Source: Paraspadella gotoi
Lineage: Eukaryota > Animalia > Chaetognatha
DNA: 64,000 nt
Direction: 5' to 3'
Assembly: GCA_051294375.1 (NCBI GenBank)
Contig: JBJCIZ010000631.1
Coordinates: forward strand, 82,665-146,664
Shown here: positions 37,040-50,180 of the stretch, one piece after another
How the letters are laid out: each line of letters starts with the position of its first letter
Position numbering within the stretch: the first letter of the stretch is position 1
The notes under the pieces: generated by a model
What the model saw: only the letters and a program-made list of their open reading frames with translations
Told to the model about the DNA's origin: nothing
Databases searched by the model: none
Made by a program: the position numbers and the translations under genes

Positions 37040-37760
37040 TTTTGTTATTATCGTCGCAATCGCTTAGCGCTTGCGACGATATTGTAACGCTTTTGCTCGT
37101 CGTGGCGTCGTCGTCGGCGTCGTCGACGGCGTCGGCGTTGTCTTCGGCGTTGTCGTCGGCGTTCCAAATTATAGATCACCTTTTTTATGATTAAATTTGG
37201 GTGTATGAAGCTGAAAATTTATATACAGCTTCTCATCATCGATGTGCTTAAAATTGAGTCTGGACAGTTATTAAATATGTTTTGTATACGTTTTATCATA
37301 ATAAACAAATTTTCTCTCTTTTATTTTCATATTTCTTTCTCTCTCTCTTTTCTCTTTTAATTACATGTCTCTCTCCCTCTCTCTTTTCCCTAGTCACTGA
37401 TTCATAAACAAAGGGGAAAAAACGAGTCTGCAGCTCTCTCTGCAGGGCTTAATAATTTTCTCTCTTTTCTCCTGCTGCTTCTGCTGCTGCCTTTTGATTT
37501 CTTTATCTGCAGCTGACTTTGCAGGGGCTCTTTCTTTTTCTCTCTTTTCTACTGCAGCTTCTGCTGCTGCCTTTTGATTTCTTTCTTTCTCTCTCTCTCT
37601 TTTTCTCTCTCTCTCTCACTCTCTCTCTCTTTCTCTCTCTGGATAATTTTTTCCCTCTAAAAACTTTTAATATCGCTATTTATTCCCAAATTTACATCCG
37701 AGATTTTCGTGGATTTTTTTTCATAAATATTATAAATATCAATCAGAATATTTTTTTCCA
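37040..37760 (+). mobile_element. Helentron-associated (HINE-like) element, family B, 5' part
   Basis: A T-rich lead is followed by the hairpin tatcgtcgcaa-tcgcttagcgc-ttgcgacgata (37049-37081), a (CGT/CGGCGT)n microsatellite (~37097-37162), a core (37170-37380) and then the CT-rich module with caaatttacatccgagattttcgtggatt. Confidence 0.65.
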
Positions 37761-39759
37761 ATATATATTTATTACTTTATTATTTTATTTTACTTTACTT
37801 CATTTTACTTCACTTTAGTCTTTACTTCACTTCGTCAGTCTGATTCAAGTTTCACTTTGTCTTTTGTCCGGGAATGTTGACAGTGTTTAGAGAGGTCGCA
37901 TTCGATCAAACTGCTCGCTTATGCGGGCTAAAAGTAAAACAAAAGTACCTTCAATAATGTTTCTCCAGACTTAGCACTTGCTTAAAATTAAACTCGAAAA
38001 TAAGTTATTTTACTGTTTTATATTTATTATTCTTTTTTTTTCTTTTTTTTTCTGTTTATAAATTAATTTTCTTTCTAAAATTTGATTTTTTTAGTGTCAA
38101 AATTTGTCGTCAATCCAGCTTTTTCTTATGCGATTATCCTTATGCTTTTAAGATTTTTTTTTTTAATTTGGCAATGCGAAAGGCCTTGCACCTCTTTTTG
38201 GTTCAAAAAAGTACTATTATAGCTCTCAGAAAAGAGAGAAAGATGCGCAACATCAACATCGGGGCTGAAAAAAATTGCGTTAAAGATGTGGAAAAATATT
38301 TCACTGTCATACCTCAATTTACCCAAACGAATGCAGGCAGTAGTCAATGCCGAGGAAGGGCATACAAAATATTGAGAATGTTTTACCCATGTTTTGTATA
38401 CTTTTTATTGAATAAATGAAATATGTTATATACTTTTTTCCTAGATAGTAGATAGTAACAATCAATGTAATGAACAAAAATGATCAAACGCGTTTAATTT
38501 CTTCATTCCGCTTTCTGATAAAACCAAATGAATTCAGTCGTGAACAGGCGCAGCTACACTCAAACGCAATTCTGTTAACTATTAAGACTCCTAGTCATAT
38601 TTTTTTTCCAACCCGTCCTCCAACTGCCGTTTCCCACTGGTTTTACTTTTCAAATAAAAGAAAATAAAACCCGATCCAATAAAAGTTTTAAGGCTTCGAC
38701 GCTCCGATGAAACCGGACTTTGATCAGGGGAGGCGGGCGGAAATACCTTTAATTGGCTCAGAGGGCGGCTTGACCTCTGTGGGGCGAAAGAAGAGGGCTG
38801 AGCGACTGGGGGATTCGATTCGCGAAGGCCAGGAGAAGCGTGGACGCGTTGGGGGGTAGCTGTGGAGTGAAAAACTGGGTTGAAGTGGTGAGAGGGGAAT
38901 AATTGGGGCTTTCGGTTGAAACGAAGGTTGGCGAAAATTTAGCGTTTAAAATTTCAACGGTGAAGGCCGACTGAGATGGTAGGCCCGTTGGGGGTTTGAA
39001 GAAAGAGTAAAAAGATTAACGTCGGGTCAGAAAGAGGCAGAAAAATGGAGGCATGAGGCGTGGAGACAGGGTCAGTCGCGTTGATCCAGATCGGACAGAG
39101 TGTCGTCACAGAGATTAACCAGGTCAAGCTCAAAGATTTGGTAGAGGGGGGGGCAGATTGGAGGCCGAAATTGGAGAGGCGGAATCGGGAGGGCGGAAGG
39201 CGAAAGAAAGGTGACGCCAGGGCGGAGATGTAGGTCGGTCGTCCGCCGGTTTTGAGGGACAGACGTCAGCGGATAATCCTGAGAAGAGGTCAAAGTTAAG
39301 AGGATTTAGTTGTTTCGATTTTTCTGGCCTCTACGAAATACCCCGGATTAAACTGGATCTAAAATATTCCGTCTTTATTTTTAGTAGGGGCTATTTTATT
39401 TGTTTTGTGGTGGGAATTGAATCCTAACAGACGTGACCATGATTAATTGATCATATAGGAACCCATTTAATTCAAGAAAAAAACCAGGTCTTCATGTTAA
39501 ACGGCGATGAGAAGACTAAGTCTGAAAATTAAATTTTAAAATTTAATGCATGAAAATTCAATTGATCGATTCTAAATGTAGATTTATTTGTTGGTTTTTT
39601 TGCAGTAAAAAAGCGAATGATTCAAATGCAAACGAATCCGCTGAAAACAATGTAGTCTCATCCGTTCAAACATAAAGTTAAAGCAGGAAATAAAGAGGCG
39701 AGAAATGTACGTATTCCTAGTATACCTCTAGTTGACAAAAATGTTGGTGAAACCGACAG

Positions 39760-40390
39760 AGAAAACTTGTAAGTAAATAAACAAGTTTGAGCAAACAATG
39801 TCGGATCTGCATACAATAATTAAGCGGTAATCTGCTAATCAGATGATAAATCACAATATTTTTATTTCTTTTTTTTAACTCGCATCATTTTTTGAACTCG
39901 TATAATTTTTTCCACGCACATAATTTTTCAACTCATCATTTTTTGAATTTACATCATTTTTACAATTCGCATCATTTTTTTAACTCGCATCATTTTTTTA
40001 ACTCGCATCATTATTTCCACGCACATTATTTTTTCAACTCATAATTTTTTCAATTTACATCATTTTTACACTTCGCATCATTTTTTCAACTTGCATAATT
40101 TTTTCAACTAAATGCAACTTATGTTTTTTCCATTTAAACTCATTTCCTCTCGAAACTTTATATCCAGCTTCATCTCACACTGTCCTACCCACACACAAAA
40201 TTTCATTCCAATCCAACAAGTCAATCACAAGTTATTGGAGCTTTTTGCTAAGATGGGATGGATGGACGGATTGATTGACTAATTATTAATTAACTGATTA
40301 ATTATTGATTTATTAATACATCTTTATTTACATTTAATATAAAAGGGAAAAGAAGCCATAATCAATTAGTGAAACAGGTTTTTTTTTGTT
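39760..40390 (-). mobile_element. HINE family A, inverted copy including the 3' end
   Basis: ~40130-40270 is the revcomp of the 33830-33975 core, and ~40270-40390 the revcomp of 34130-34280. gtcggatctgc at 39800-39810 (3' subTIR on the minus strand) lies 11 nt from the stem-loop aaacttgt-N10-acaagttt (39763-39788). Confidence 0.75.
39875..40110. repeat. ~19-20-bp minisatellite
   Basis: aactcgcatcattttttt-type units, about 12 copies, inside the inverted HINE A copy. Confidence 0.9.
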
Positions 40391-40505
40391 GAATGAAGAC
40401 TATCATCGCATCCATCATTTGGTTATCATCGCATCAATCCTTCGGTATACATCGCATCAATTTTGGTTATCATCAAAGTAGGCTCGATTCCTTATGCTTT
40501 TAATT
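40390..40505 (+). repeat. 22-bp minisatellite end plus terminal hairpin-like motif
   Basis: tatcatcgcatc.. units followed by aaagtaggctcgattccttatgcttttaa, the same as 51380-51520. Confidence 0.85.
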
Positions 40506-40521
40506 TTTTTTTTTTTTTTTA

Positions 40522-40755
40522 TAATACCAAAAACAGTATTGACATAATCATAAACAGTAATAGTGTAAAGACTGGAAAACTAAACTATGTATTGAAATTC
40601 AATAGAAACAAAAGACCCTAACATTTAAAAGACTGGAAAACAAGTAAAAACTAAACTACATATTGAAATTCAATAAAAACAAAAGACACTAAACGTTTAA
40701 AATCATTAATAAATTTTATGAACTAATTCATAAGAAACTATAAAAAATAACGTTT
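40522..40755 (+). repeat. Dispersed repeat with a second copy at ~54107-54350
   Basis: taatacca..aaacagtatt..aaagactggaaaactaaact..gaaattcaata..tatgaactaattcata..gaaactataaaaa(a)taacgt at both sites. Confidence 0.85.
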
Positions 40756-41060
40756 AAGATTTTTTATATAAAAAACTACTACGCTTTTATAGGTTTTGCT
40801 GTGACTTACCGTTTTTTTTTTAATAAAAATTATTATGAATTATGATAAAGTTTTACAAAAGTGTGCGATCATAGTAAGTTAAAAATTTAGATATGGCTTC
40901 TCATCTTGAAATAGCTTTGATATTTTCTTATTACATTTGGATTTAAGTATTTTTTGTTGAATTTCCACTTCATTATGATTTACTGCAATATGCAAATGAG
41001 ATTATAGTACTCATTATATATCCAAATTAGTATATAGAAATGCTTTAATCTAATTTACAA

Positions 41061-42035
41061 ATTGCAGTATATAATATTGAAGATTAAATTCAAATTTTTT
41101 TTTAAATCTATAATAAAAAATGGAAACTCAAATAACTTTTTAATGAGAAGCTATATCTTAATTTTAATACAAATAAAAATAAAATCGTTAACAACCTATG
41201 ATTGGAAAAATTGTAAAAATTTCCAATTGTAAACCATTGTAACATTTTTTGCCTTTCTTTTATTTATTTTTTAATTATATATATATTTTTTTCAGGCGCT
41301 GCCTTTTCTGAATCGTTAAAAAACGAGTTCAGGGTCTCTCTCAGTCTCTCTTAGTCTCTCTCTGTCTCTCTCTGTGTGCGTCTGTCTCTCTCTGTACGAT
41401 CTCTTGCGTGATCATTCGTTTTTTGAAAAATTCTGATTATTTTTTCTTTCTAAAAAAATATATATTTGATCAGGCACTGCCTTTTCTGAATCGTTTTAAA
41501 CGAGTTCAGGCTCTCTCTCTCTCTCCCTCCGTCTCCCTCCCTCTCTCTCTCTTTCTCTCTATCTCTCTCTCTCTCTTTCTCTTTATCTGTCTCTTTCTCT
41601 CTCTCTCTCTCTTTTTTTTTTTTTTTTCAAAAAGAATTTTAGTCACTTTTTTTTTTCACCACCGTCACAAGGCGATGAGAAAACGAGTTCCGGCTCTCTC
41701 TCTCTCTCTCTCTCTCTTATCTTTCTCTCTATCTGTCTCTTTCTCTCTCCTCTCTCACTCTCTCTCTCTCTCTCTCTTTTTTTTTTTTTAGAAAAATAAT
41801 TTTTTAGTCACTTTTTTTTTTCACCACCGTCACTAGGCGACGAGTAAAGATTAAACGAGTTCCGGCTCTCTCTCTCTCTCTCTCTCTTTCTCTCTTTTTT
41901 TTTCTCTCTCTCTCTCTCTCTATCATTCTCTTTTTTTTTACAAAAAAAAATTTTTAGTCACTTTTTTTTCACCACCGTCACTAGGCGACGAGTAAACGAG
42001 TTCCAGCTCTGCAGCGTCTGTTCAGCTTCTTTCTT

Positions 42036-42079
<44 letters not shown>

Positions 42080-42480
42080 GATCGTTCGTTTTTTGAAAAA
42101 TCTTATTATTTCTTTCCTTATAAAAACTTTTATTATCGCCATTTATTTTTTTTCTCAATACAAAATCCAAATTTACATCCGAGATTTTCGTGGATTCATT
42201 TTAGAAAAAGGGAAGAATAACTTATAATGCAGGCAATGTCACATGTACATCAACTTGTGTGACAGGCAATTGCGCGGATTAATATAAATAATATAATAAG
42301 TATCTTGTAAAAGTGATGGAGGCCCTTAAACCACCAAAGCCTGTCCAAAGATCAGGGGCGAGATAGCTTATTTATTAAATGAATGGATAATTTTTATATT
42401 GGTTGTACCAATTTCATAAAAAATTCAGCTCCTTGTATTTTGATGCTAGTGCGGAGTACAATAAGTATTCCCCTCGATCA
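41061..42480 (+). repeat. CT-rich composite repeat with ~150-bp internal tandem units
   Basis: ttttagtcacttttttttcaccaccgtcac(t/a)aggcga(c/t)gag..aaacgagttcc occurs three times (~41640, 41805, 41955). Inverted relatives lie at ~53270-54060. Confidence 0.85.
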
Positions 42481-42990
42481 NNNNNNNNNNNNNNNNNNNN
42501 NNNNNTTACATATTGCAGTATATAATATTGAAGATTAAATTCAAATTTTTTTTTTAAATCTATAATAAAAATGGAAACTCAAAATAACTTTTTAATGAGA
42601 AGCTATATCTTAATTTTAATACAAATAAAAATAAAATCGTTAACAACCTATGATTGGAAAAATTGTAAAAATTTCCAATTGTAAACCATTGTAACATTTT
42701 TTGCCTTTCTTTTATTTATTTTTTAATTATATATATATTTTTTCAGGCGCTGCCTTTTCTGAATCGTTAAAAAACGAGTTCAGGGTCTCTCTCAGTCTCT
42801 CTTAGTCTCTCTCTGTCTCTCTCTGTGTGCGTCTGTCTCTCTCTGTACGATCTCTTGCGTGATCATTCGTTTTTTGAAAAATTCTGATTATTTTTTTCTT
42901 TCTAAAAAAAATATATATTTGATCAGGCACTGCCTTTTCTGAATCGTTTTAAAACGAGTTCAGGCTCTCTCTCTCTCTCCCTCCGTCTCC
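42481..42990. other. 25-N gap followed by a near-identical re-run of 41061-41536
   Basis: 42513-42990 repeats attgcagtatataatattgaag...ctccctccgtctcc. This is probably an assembly overlap or alternative haplotype. Confidence 0.85.
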
Positions 42991-43900
42991 GAAATATCGT
43001 AGTCCCATCCAAAGGCCAATCCCGATGCTGAACAGGATCATACAAAAACTAAGCACGGATCCACCAGCACACTATGCTTGGGCACCCAGAGTAGAAGGAT
43101 AGGATTACGGCCTTCACTCACTAGCACCACACACTTACAGTAATGCGAAAATCAACAAGGAAAATTTAATCATACCAAAGACTAGACAAGCAAAGTGACG
43201 TCAAGGTAAAATAGTGAAAAAATGTGCAAAATATCAACTGATGGGACAAAGATACAATGAAACCCTCCGTCAGCAAGAGATAACGCTTACGCAGTTGACT
43301 GAACACCTGGAGAAATCCCGATAACAACATTGACGTGATGCATACTGGCACCCAGACATCGGGAATTACCAATTATGCACACTAGAAAAGATGTAGACAT
43401 ACAAAGAGTACATAATAAGCAATCTCTGCCTATACGTGGCAAATACCAGCTAAAGCCGGAGCTGATGCAGCATCAATATGTAAAAGCTCTTATCGGAGAT
43501 GGAAAAGAGTTTTTTCTAGCTTCATGGGGCCTACCTTGAAGTCAAACCATTTGACGGTGCCACCCAACTCAAATGGCGCAGCAATGACCTTCGATCTCAA
43601 AGACTGGCTAGCACGGAACACGTCGGGTAAGACATTGTATTGGTAGGTAATACGAAAAGTGATACGTAACTAGGGTTGATAAGAGACGACAGAATATGAG
43701 GCGAAAATTACACGTAACAAGAAAATATCACTACTAATGGACCCTTCTGAGAGAGCGCAAGGCCTGTTGAAAGATCAACCAAAATAAGTGGCTTGACAGT
43801 TGCCACAAAACCTAAAATGCTTCTCCTTAAATGCCACTCGCCGATTATTGGATGGAAAGGACAGATCATGTAGGCCACAATAAAGATACAATTCGGGAAG
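42991..43900 (+). pseudogene. Degenerate LTR-retrotransposon (Gypsy-like) integrase
   Basis: Ordered motif remnants across frameshifts: LGHP (~43077), VKKCAKYQ (~43214, HHCC-like), IDVM (~43329), FDGATQ (~43550), AQG-VERS (~43755), WL..LP (~43789) and LNAT (~43828). There are many stops and indels. Confidence 0.55.
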
Positions 43901-46024
43901 CGCTACCAAGAGATCCCACGTCCGTATCCAGTAATACCATCGAAGAGTGCAGAATTGATTACATTAAAAGAGAGACCTCAGTACTCCCGGCTAACAAGAG
44001 AGAACTTTAATTTCGTGCAGAGAGCCTGACAGACAGGTGGAAAGATAAGTTTCGAGGAAAGGTCGAGTCTCCAAACTTAGCTGAACATATCACGTCATAT
44101 ACATATGACTATTAAATGCGCCAATCACCAGAACAAGATCCTTAACCCGTAACGAACCACATGGAAATCCTAGTATGGCATATGGAGACTGGTGCTCTTC
44201 ACACGAGGCGTGACTCCGAATCATCAAAATACAGTGAATCGGTGCTCTCCTGCATCTAACGGGCACAATAAGGTCAACCGATTTAGGCTCTTGGTCCCGC
44301 GATCAGAGAATGCATTGGAGAAAGGAAGCACAAAACGGAAATCAATTACATCGTCCTTCTGTTGCTGGTAAAAATATGAGATATCACATAGACCGCGCCT
44401 AAAACTGCAGTAGCAGGCAAAGTGGGGCACTTAGGAAATGCAGGGCAAGCGACGAATCATGAAAAGAAAAACATGTAAAAATAAAAAAAACACTACGTAA
44501 ACAATAAAAAATTAGAGATAAAACTTATAGCAAAAACAAAAATATATATATATAAAAGACACATATAGTAGAAACAAAAAACGAAATAGAAAACAAGAGA
44601 AAAAAACATAAAAAAACACAAAATCCACATGTTTGGTGTTGTTCCGGCCTACACAACAGAACAACGGGTAAGAGAAACTAAATAATAATATACCAGCATC
44701 CCAGGCGACCCGAGAGCAACGTGAAGACCGAACGACTCATTAACTAATACAATCAGCTCGAGATGCCACTCACCATGCCCACATGCATGACGTCGAGACG
44801 TATTACGCGAGATAGAATTGAGACCACGTTGGCGGCCCTTCGTCTGTCTGGGGAGGGGGGACGCATCACCGAGATGTAAATTGACGCAACGCGGATGGAA
44901 CAGACGAAGAAGGATCTAAGGAATTGAGGATTTCCGGAAGTGGAATGATGATTCGTGGGAATGATTCGGAACGGGGACTTTTGGAAGCCTAGAGATCCCA
45001 GAAAAGCGCGATACGAATTCACGTTTCCCGGGAAGTGAGGAAAAGAAGCGCTTCCCAGAACGGAGGAAGGAGGATAGGATCTTCGCGTGACAGGGACCTC
45101 GGGATAACCCTTGGGCTTCGGTCTACTTGCTCATTATAATAGCGCTCTGTTTCCTGCTTTTGATTTCACTGTCCAAAAATTGACTCTCAGTTCATTGGAG
45201 TGAAACCGGTCTTTCTCCGGTTTGTTTATCGTTTCTGATAAATAAAATTCCTACGGGCTTTGATTCTTGCGCAGTATTGAAATCCTGTCGTGGCTTACTT
45301 AAATGGTATCTAGGGTTCGGTCGGTCGGGTAAGTCGGGGAAATGAGTTTAGCCTCAAAATCGAGGGAAGACAGTCAACTTGGGAATACGAGAGTAATGTT
45401 TCAGGAAATAAGGTGAAAAAAGTTTTTAGAGTAGTCAGTTCGGGATCACAAAGGGGCTAAGGATTTCGAGAGATAAAGATTTTAGCTTAAATAGTATGCG
45501 GTATAACAGTGGTGGAGACTCTGTGATGAAGTAGAAATTTGTCTTTGACTAATTGGTTAGGTTGGATTCAGGAGGATGAAGTGCTGGACGAAAGTACATG
45601 GGAAACTAGGAAAACGTTGACCCTAAAAATTTTTTAAAGATTATCTCGGTCATTGATTCGGGGTTTTGGAAATGAGGATTGGAAAGCAAGGAACAAAAGA
45701 CAGGCTGTCGTACCGCCTCTGGGTAAAAGGAAAATACTCAGATCGGTCACAAATTATGTCGAGTGAGATCGGGGCCTAAACGGGTCGGTGTCAAAAGGAG
45801 TGTTTTTTGTTACGTCGTTTTGGTAGCTAAACATCCTAAAAATTTATGATTTTTTTTCAATAGAAATAGTAACCACGAGTTTACCGTCTTTATACATACT
45901 GTTTCCTCGTCCAATTTTTGGGTATATTCACTCGACGGTACTACAAAGACACGGTCTCGCGGTTTTCGGTTTGCTTCCTCAAGCAGTTGCTCCGGTAGGG
46001 CTGTCTGTTCTTATTTCTTTTTTA

Positions 46025-46286
46025 TCAGAAGGCACCAAAAGTTGTTATGCTTCGTCTTACTTTTTTTTTTTGTTCTTTTCGTTTGTTTTTTTTTCACAAA
46101 TTTTGTTTTTGTTGCGTGAGAAAAAAGGTGTATACATTTTACCAAATGCGGCAAAAAAAATGTAAGTTTAGTTTGTGAAGATTTATCATGGGGTTAGGTG
46201 TGCCTTTGAGTATTTGTTGTTTTGGTGCTTTTTAATAAAAAAAATTATATTGAGTGGATTAGCGAGAAAAAAATCGCGAGGTTACA
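46025..46286 (-). mobile_element. Candidate LTR (46043-46286) with adjacent PBS-like motif
   Basis: The minus strand reads TGTAAC...CATAACA followed by acttt-TGGTGCC. Only 7 nt match typical tRNA-His/Phe PBS starts, and no partner LTR is present. Confidence 0.3.
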
Positions 46287-46739
46287 CTACGAAAAAAAAA
46301 AGCTATTAGTTTTGAAGAAAAAGAACAATAGTCGAATCATGCCTAACAATAATTCAAGACGGTATATAACTCTCGCTAATGTCTAGATGACCACCTCGGA
46401 AATCCACAATATTTTTTAGTTATACTATAATGAATTTTTTTTAAAACGTTTTGCAGATTCAATATTTCTTTTTAACTCGACGAGTCATTGTTTTAACACT
46501 AATTCTGGCATAATTTCTTTGCCTAAACACATGTCAGAGCCAGTAATGAGATTTTTCACAAAACTTGCACATCGATTATAATTTTTATCAATGCCTCTCG
46601 CATCATTCTTTTTTACACGTCTGCATTATCACATTTCTCATATTTTTCGCTAACGGTCACTTAATTTTTTACTAAAGTCTAAATCCACATATTTGTTCTC
46701 GAATTTAGCATCATTAAGTTTAACTAGGATTGTCTTATG

Positions 46740-47840
46740 GCACTGCATTTTTTTTAACTTGCATATTTTTTCAACTTGGCATCAATTTTTTTCACACTTG
46801 CATAATTTCTGTCAACTTGCATAAATTTCAACTTGCATAAGTTTTTTAACGTTTGCTAATAATTTTTTTTCCCAACTTGCATTAAATTTTTTCAACTAGG
46901 GTGGCATAATTTTTTCAACTTGCATAATTTTTTCAACTTGCATAATTGGTGGTTCAAGGGCTGCCAGACATAATTGGTCTCTATCAATAACCACAACGTA
47001 TGCATAAATCTAATATAATTTATAACCTATCGCACCTATTTTTTCAACTTGGCAATAATTTTTTCACACCTGCGATAATTTTTTCAACTGTTGCAACTAA
47101 TTATTTTTTTAAACTTGCCAGTTAATTTTTTCAACTTGCATAATTTTTATTTTTATTATACCAATTGACTGACACGTAGGAGCATAATTAACATTTTCAA
47201 CTGCAACATTGAATAACTTATTTAATACCCTTTGGCTCAGGAAAAAACCACCAGGTCATGACATAATAACTTTTTTCAACTTGACAATATCTGAATAAAA
47301 TGTTACCTCTTCAACTCTGCATATTAACATTTTTGTGCCATGAGGAGAGATTGCTTTTGCAATAATGTATATTTTTTCTTCAAAGAACTCGGAGTAATGC
47401 CTGCATAACTATTTTTCGAAGACGTTGCATTAATTATTTTCACGTTGCAATAATTTTTTGTTCAATGTTGCTATAATTGTTTTTCTTTTCCCGATGACAG
47501 TAATATACACACTTTAAGGGCACATACATATAGCTTGCTTATACAATAGCTTAAATAGGTTCTTATTTTGGCTCCCAATTTGCATACATTTTTTCACATA
47601 TCTTTGCCAGACCAATGTTTTTCAAGGACTAGCATAAAATTGTTTTGGTCAACATCTTGACATAATTTTTTTAAACTGTGCATACCATTTTTTCAACTTG
47701 CATAATTTTTTCACTTGCATATTTTTTTCCAAATCTTGGCCGGTATTTTTTTCAACTTGCGAAGATATTTTTTTTCTAACTTGCATAATTTTTTCAACCT
47801 TGATAATTTTTTTTAAAATTTGTATCACAATTTTTTCAAA
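46740..47840. repeat. ~19-bp minisatellite (caacttgcataatttttt), noisy
   Basis: Recurrent units related to 39875-40110, interrupted by error-like insertions. Confidence 0.85.
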
Positions 47841-47894
47841 TGGTAATTAATTCAATTAATTAAAACATTAATAGTTAGTAATCTATAATAAAAA

Positions 47895-48600
47895 ATTGCT
47901 TCTTAAAAGCAATTAGGGATCGACGATGCCTGCTTTTGACTGCACTCGAATATATCTCAAACATATTTAGATATGGAAGCAGGCGGAAAATTTATATGTA
48001 CTGAACCCCAAGGAGTATTGAGATAGCAAATAGATAACGTGATACTTTTACTTGCACTCGTTTCTGAGGGCGATAGATGACCAATGGGATTTGACTAAAG
48101 CGGAGTGTATTAACCAAATGATAGGAGTTGTTGGATCGTAGCCAGTTATTTGGAATTTCTATATCATTCATTGAATTCTCGAATGATAACTCATTCATTG
48201 ATGTTGATGATAGTAACTGGTATCATTGATCGGCCAATTGATAAATCATAACATATAACCTGCGATCGATAGCTCAAATTCATTGATGCCGGATGACTGT
48301 TACCATTCACTTGACGCGATGAGTTTAATTAGAAGGAGAGAAAGGAGATAAGAGAGAGACGATGAGAATGAGGGATGTCATCAGAGGAGAGTATGATTTG
48401 AGAGATGAAATCAATAGACGAGCAACACTATAAAATATTAATAAAACATATGTTTCTCTTACGAGAATAGTTTCCAAAAAAAAATAAATCCACGAAAATC
48501 TCGGAAATATTTGGGATTTTTTGTATGTAAGAAAAAGTGGCGTGATAACGATAAAAATTGTTTTATTAGAGTGAGTGATTAATGCAATGATGCAATTTTG
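47895..48600 (-). repeat. Noisy inverted copy of 50960-51520
   Basis: cttaaaagcaattagggatcga, ttgacgcgatgagtttaattag and aaatccacgaaaatctcggaaata are reverse complements of motifs at ~51505, 51235 and 51050. Confidence 0.75.
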
Positions 48601-50081
48601 AATTAGATATACAATTAACTATTTTTTTTTTCAGGCATTTTTATTCTAGAGGATTTTTTATGTGTTTCCATAAAGTGAAAACTAAGATTACCTAGTTAGG
48701 TCTTTGTAAGATTTCGAGATTTCATTAAGATTTGCGTTAGAATAAAAAAATAAAAGAAAAAAACTAATGTTCAACAATTTGAGGTTGAAAAACCTCTATT
48801 TTTTTTTGGCATATTTATTTTGAAAATGGAAATGGAGTATTTGAGATGAGAATAAAAGGATTTGTTATTGTGGAGAGGAAATATTTTGTAAAAATAAAAA
48901 AAGTAAAGGGGGCGTATCTATATAGAAAGGAATAAGTATTTAGAAGGAAGAGAATATGAAATAATAATAAGGCTTAAAAAGAATGTAATAATTTTTTTCC
49001 AATTAAGGAGAAATTTAGAAAGCCGCAAGAAAAATGCAAGAAGGCCGAATGTCGCGGGTTATAGACTAAGTGAGAGGAGGAGACGAAGAGACTGTAGAGA
49101 AAGGAAGCTTTCAATATAGAATATCGGAACCGACTAACGAGAATTCTCAGTAGGCTTAAAAACGATTTTAAACACACAAACGGATTAAAGAATAACACTA
49201 GTTTTAAATAATTGTGATTAGTAAAACGTTAACGCACTCTCGATCGTGTTATTAACCTATTCATCGTCCCGCAATTACTTCAAACAATATAAAGAATTCA
49301 TAACGGGGTCGAGGTGACAAGCACAAAAAAAAGAAATATGAGAGAAAAACAAAAAAAAGAAGAAAAAAAATTGATTAAAAAAACAAAGGAAAAAAAAAAA
49401 AAAAAAAAAAAAGATAGAATACTGTTTGTGAGGCAGCAGAGCAAGAATATAAGCCAGAAAAAAAAAAATGGTTTGGGTGGTAGTCCGGAAGAAGGGAATG
49501 AATTAATATAAAAATATATCAAGGAAAATTAGGCGAAGCCCAGGAAGGAGGAGTTATACGGGTTTCTCGTGAGGAAGGGTGATGAAGACGCATGTGGGAG
49601 ATTGCTCATTACAACTATGAATAGGGGAGGGAGTGGGGGCAGGGGTCGGGTTCTTATTATTAAAATGCAGAGTTGCAGCAGGAAAAGGGTTCATGAGATA
49701 ACAAGTGATAGTGCAGCAGAGCACCTGTGTTCTGGGTAGTGGAAGTATAAACTAGGAATAGAAAGTAGGATAAAGGACACTGAGAGAAGAAAGAAGAAGC
49801 TAGTGGAAAGTACAGGGGGAGGAGAGAGAGAGGTCCCGCCGGTACTTCGTGTTACTTAAAATCACAAGGACCACACTAGACCCCGCACTAGCTGCCTTAC
49901 GATGTATACGAACCGACGATATCCAACCTAGAGTCGTTCTCGGTGCTTGTGACGTACGGTGGTGAAAAAAAAAAACAAAGTGAATAATGTTTTTTTTTTT
50001 TGCTGTAAAAAGCGTGCGGTGTGAGGGGAGCGAGTCAAGGAGGGTGGGTGTAGTGGTGAGGAGGAGAGCGGAGAGAGAGGA

Positions 50082-50106
50082 NNNNNNNNNNNNNNNNNNN
50101 NNNNNN
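50082..50106. other. Assembly gap (25 N)
   Basis: N run. The sequence after it repeats 42227-42478. Confidence 1.
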
Positions 50107-50180
50107 ATGCAGGCAATGTCACATGTACATCAACTTGTGTGACAGGCAATTGCGCGGATTAATATAAATAATATAATAAG

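Noticed and set aside
39405-39440. tRNA 3'-half-like sequence ending in CCA
   Set aside because: T-arm and acceptor spacing are off and there is no pairing 5' half, so it cannot be folded as a cloverleaf.
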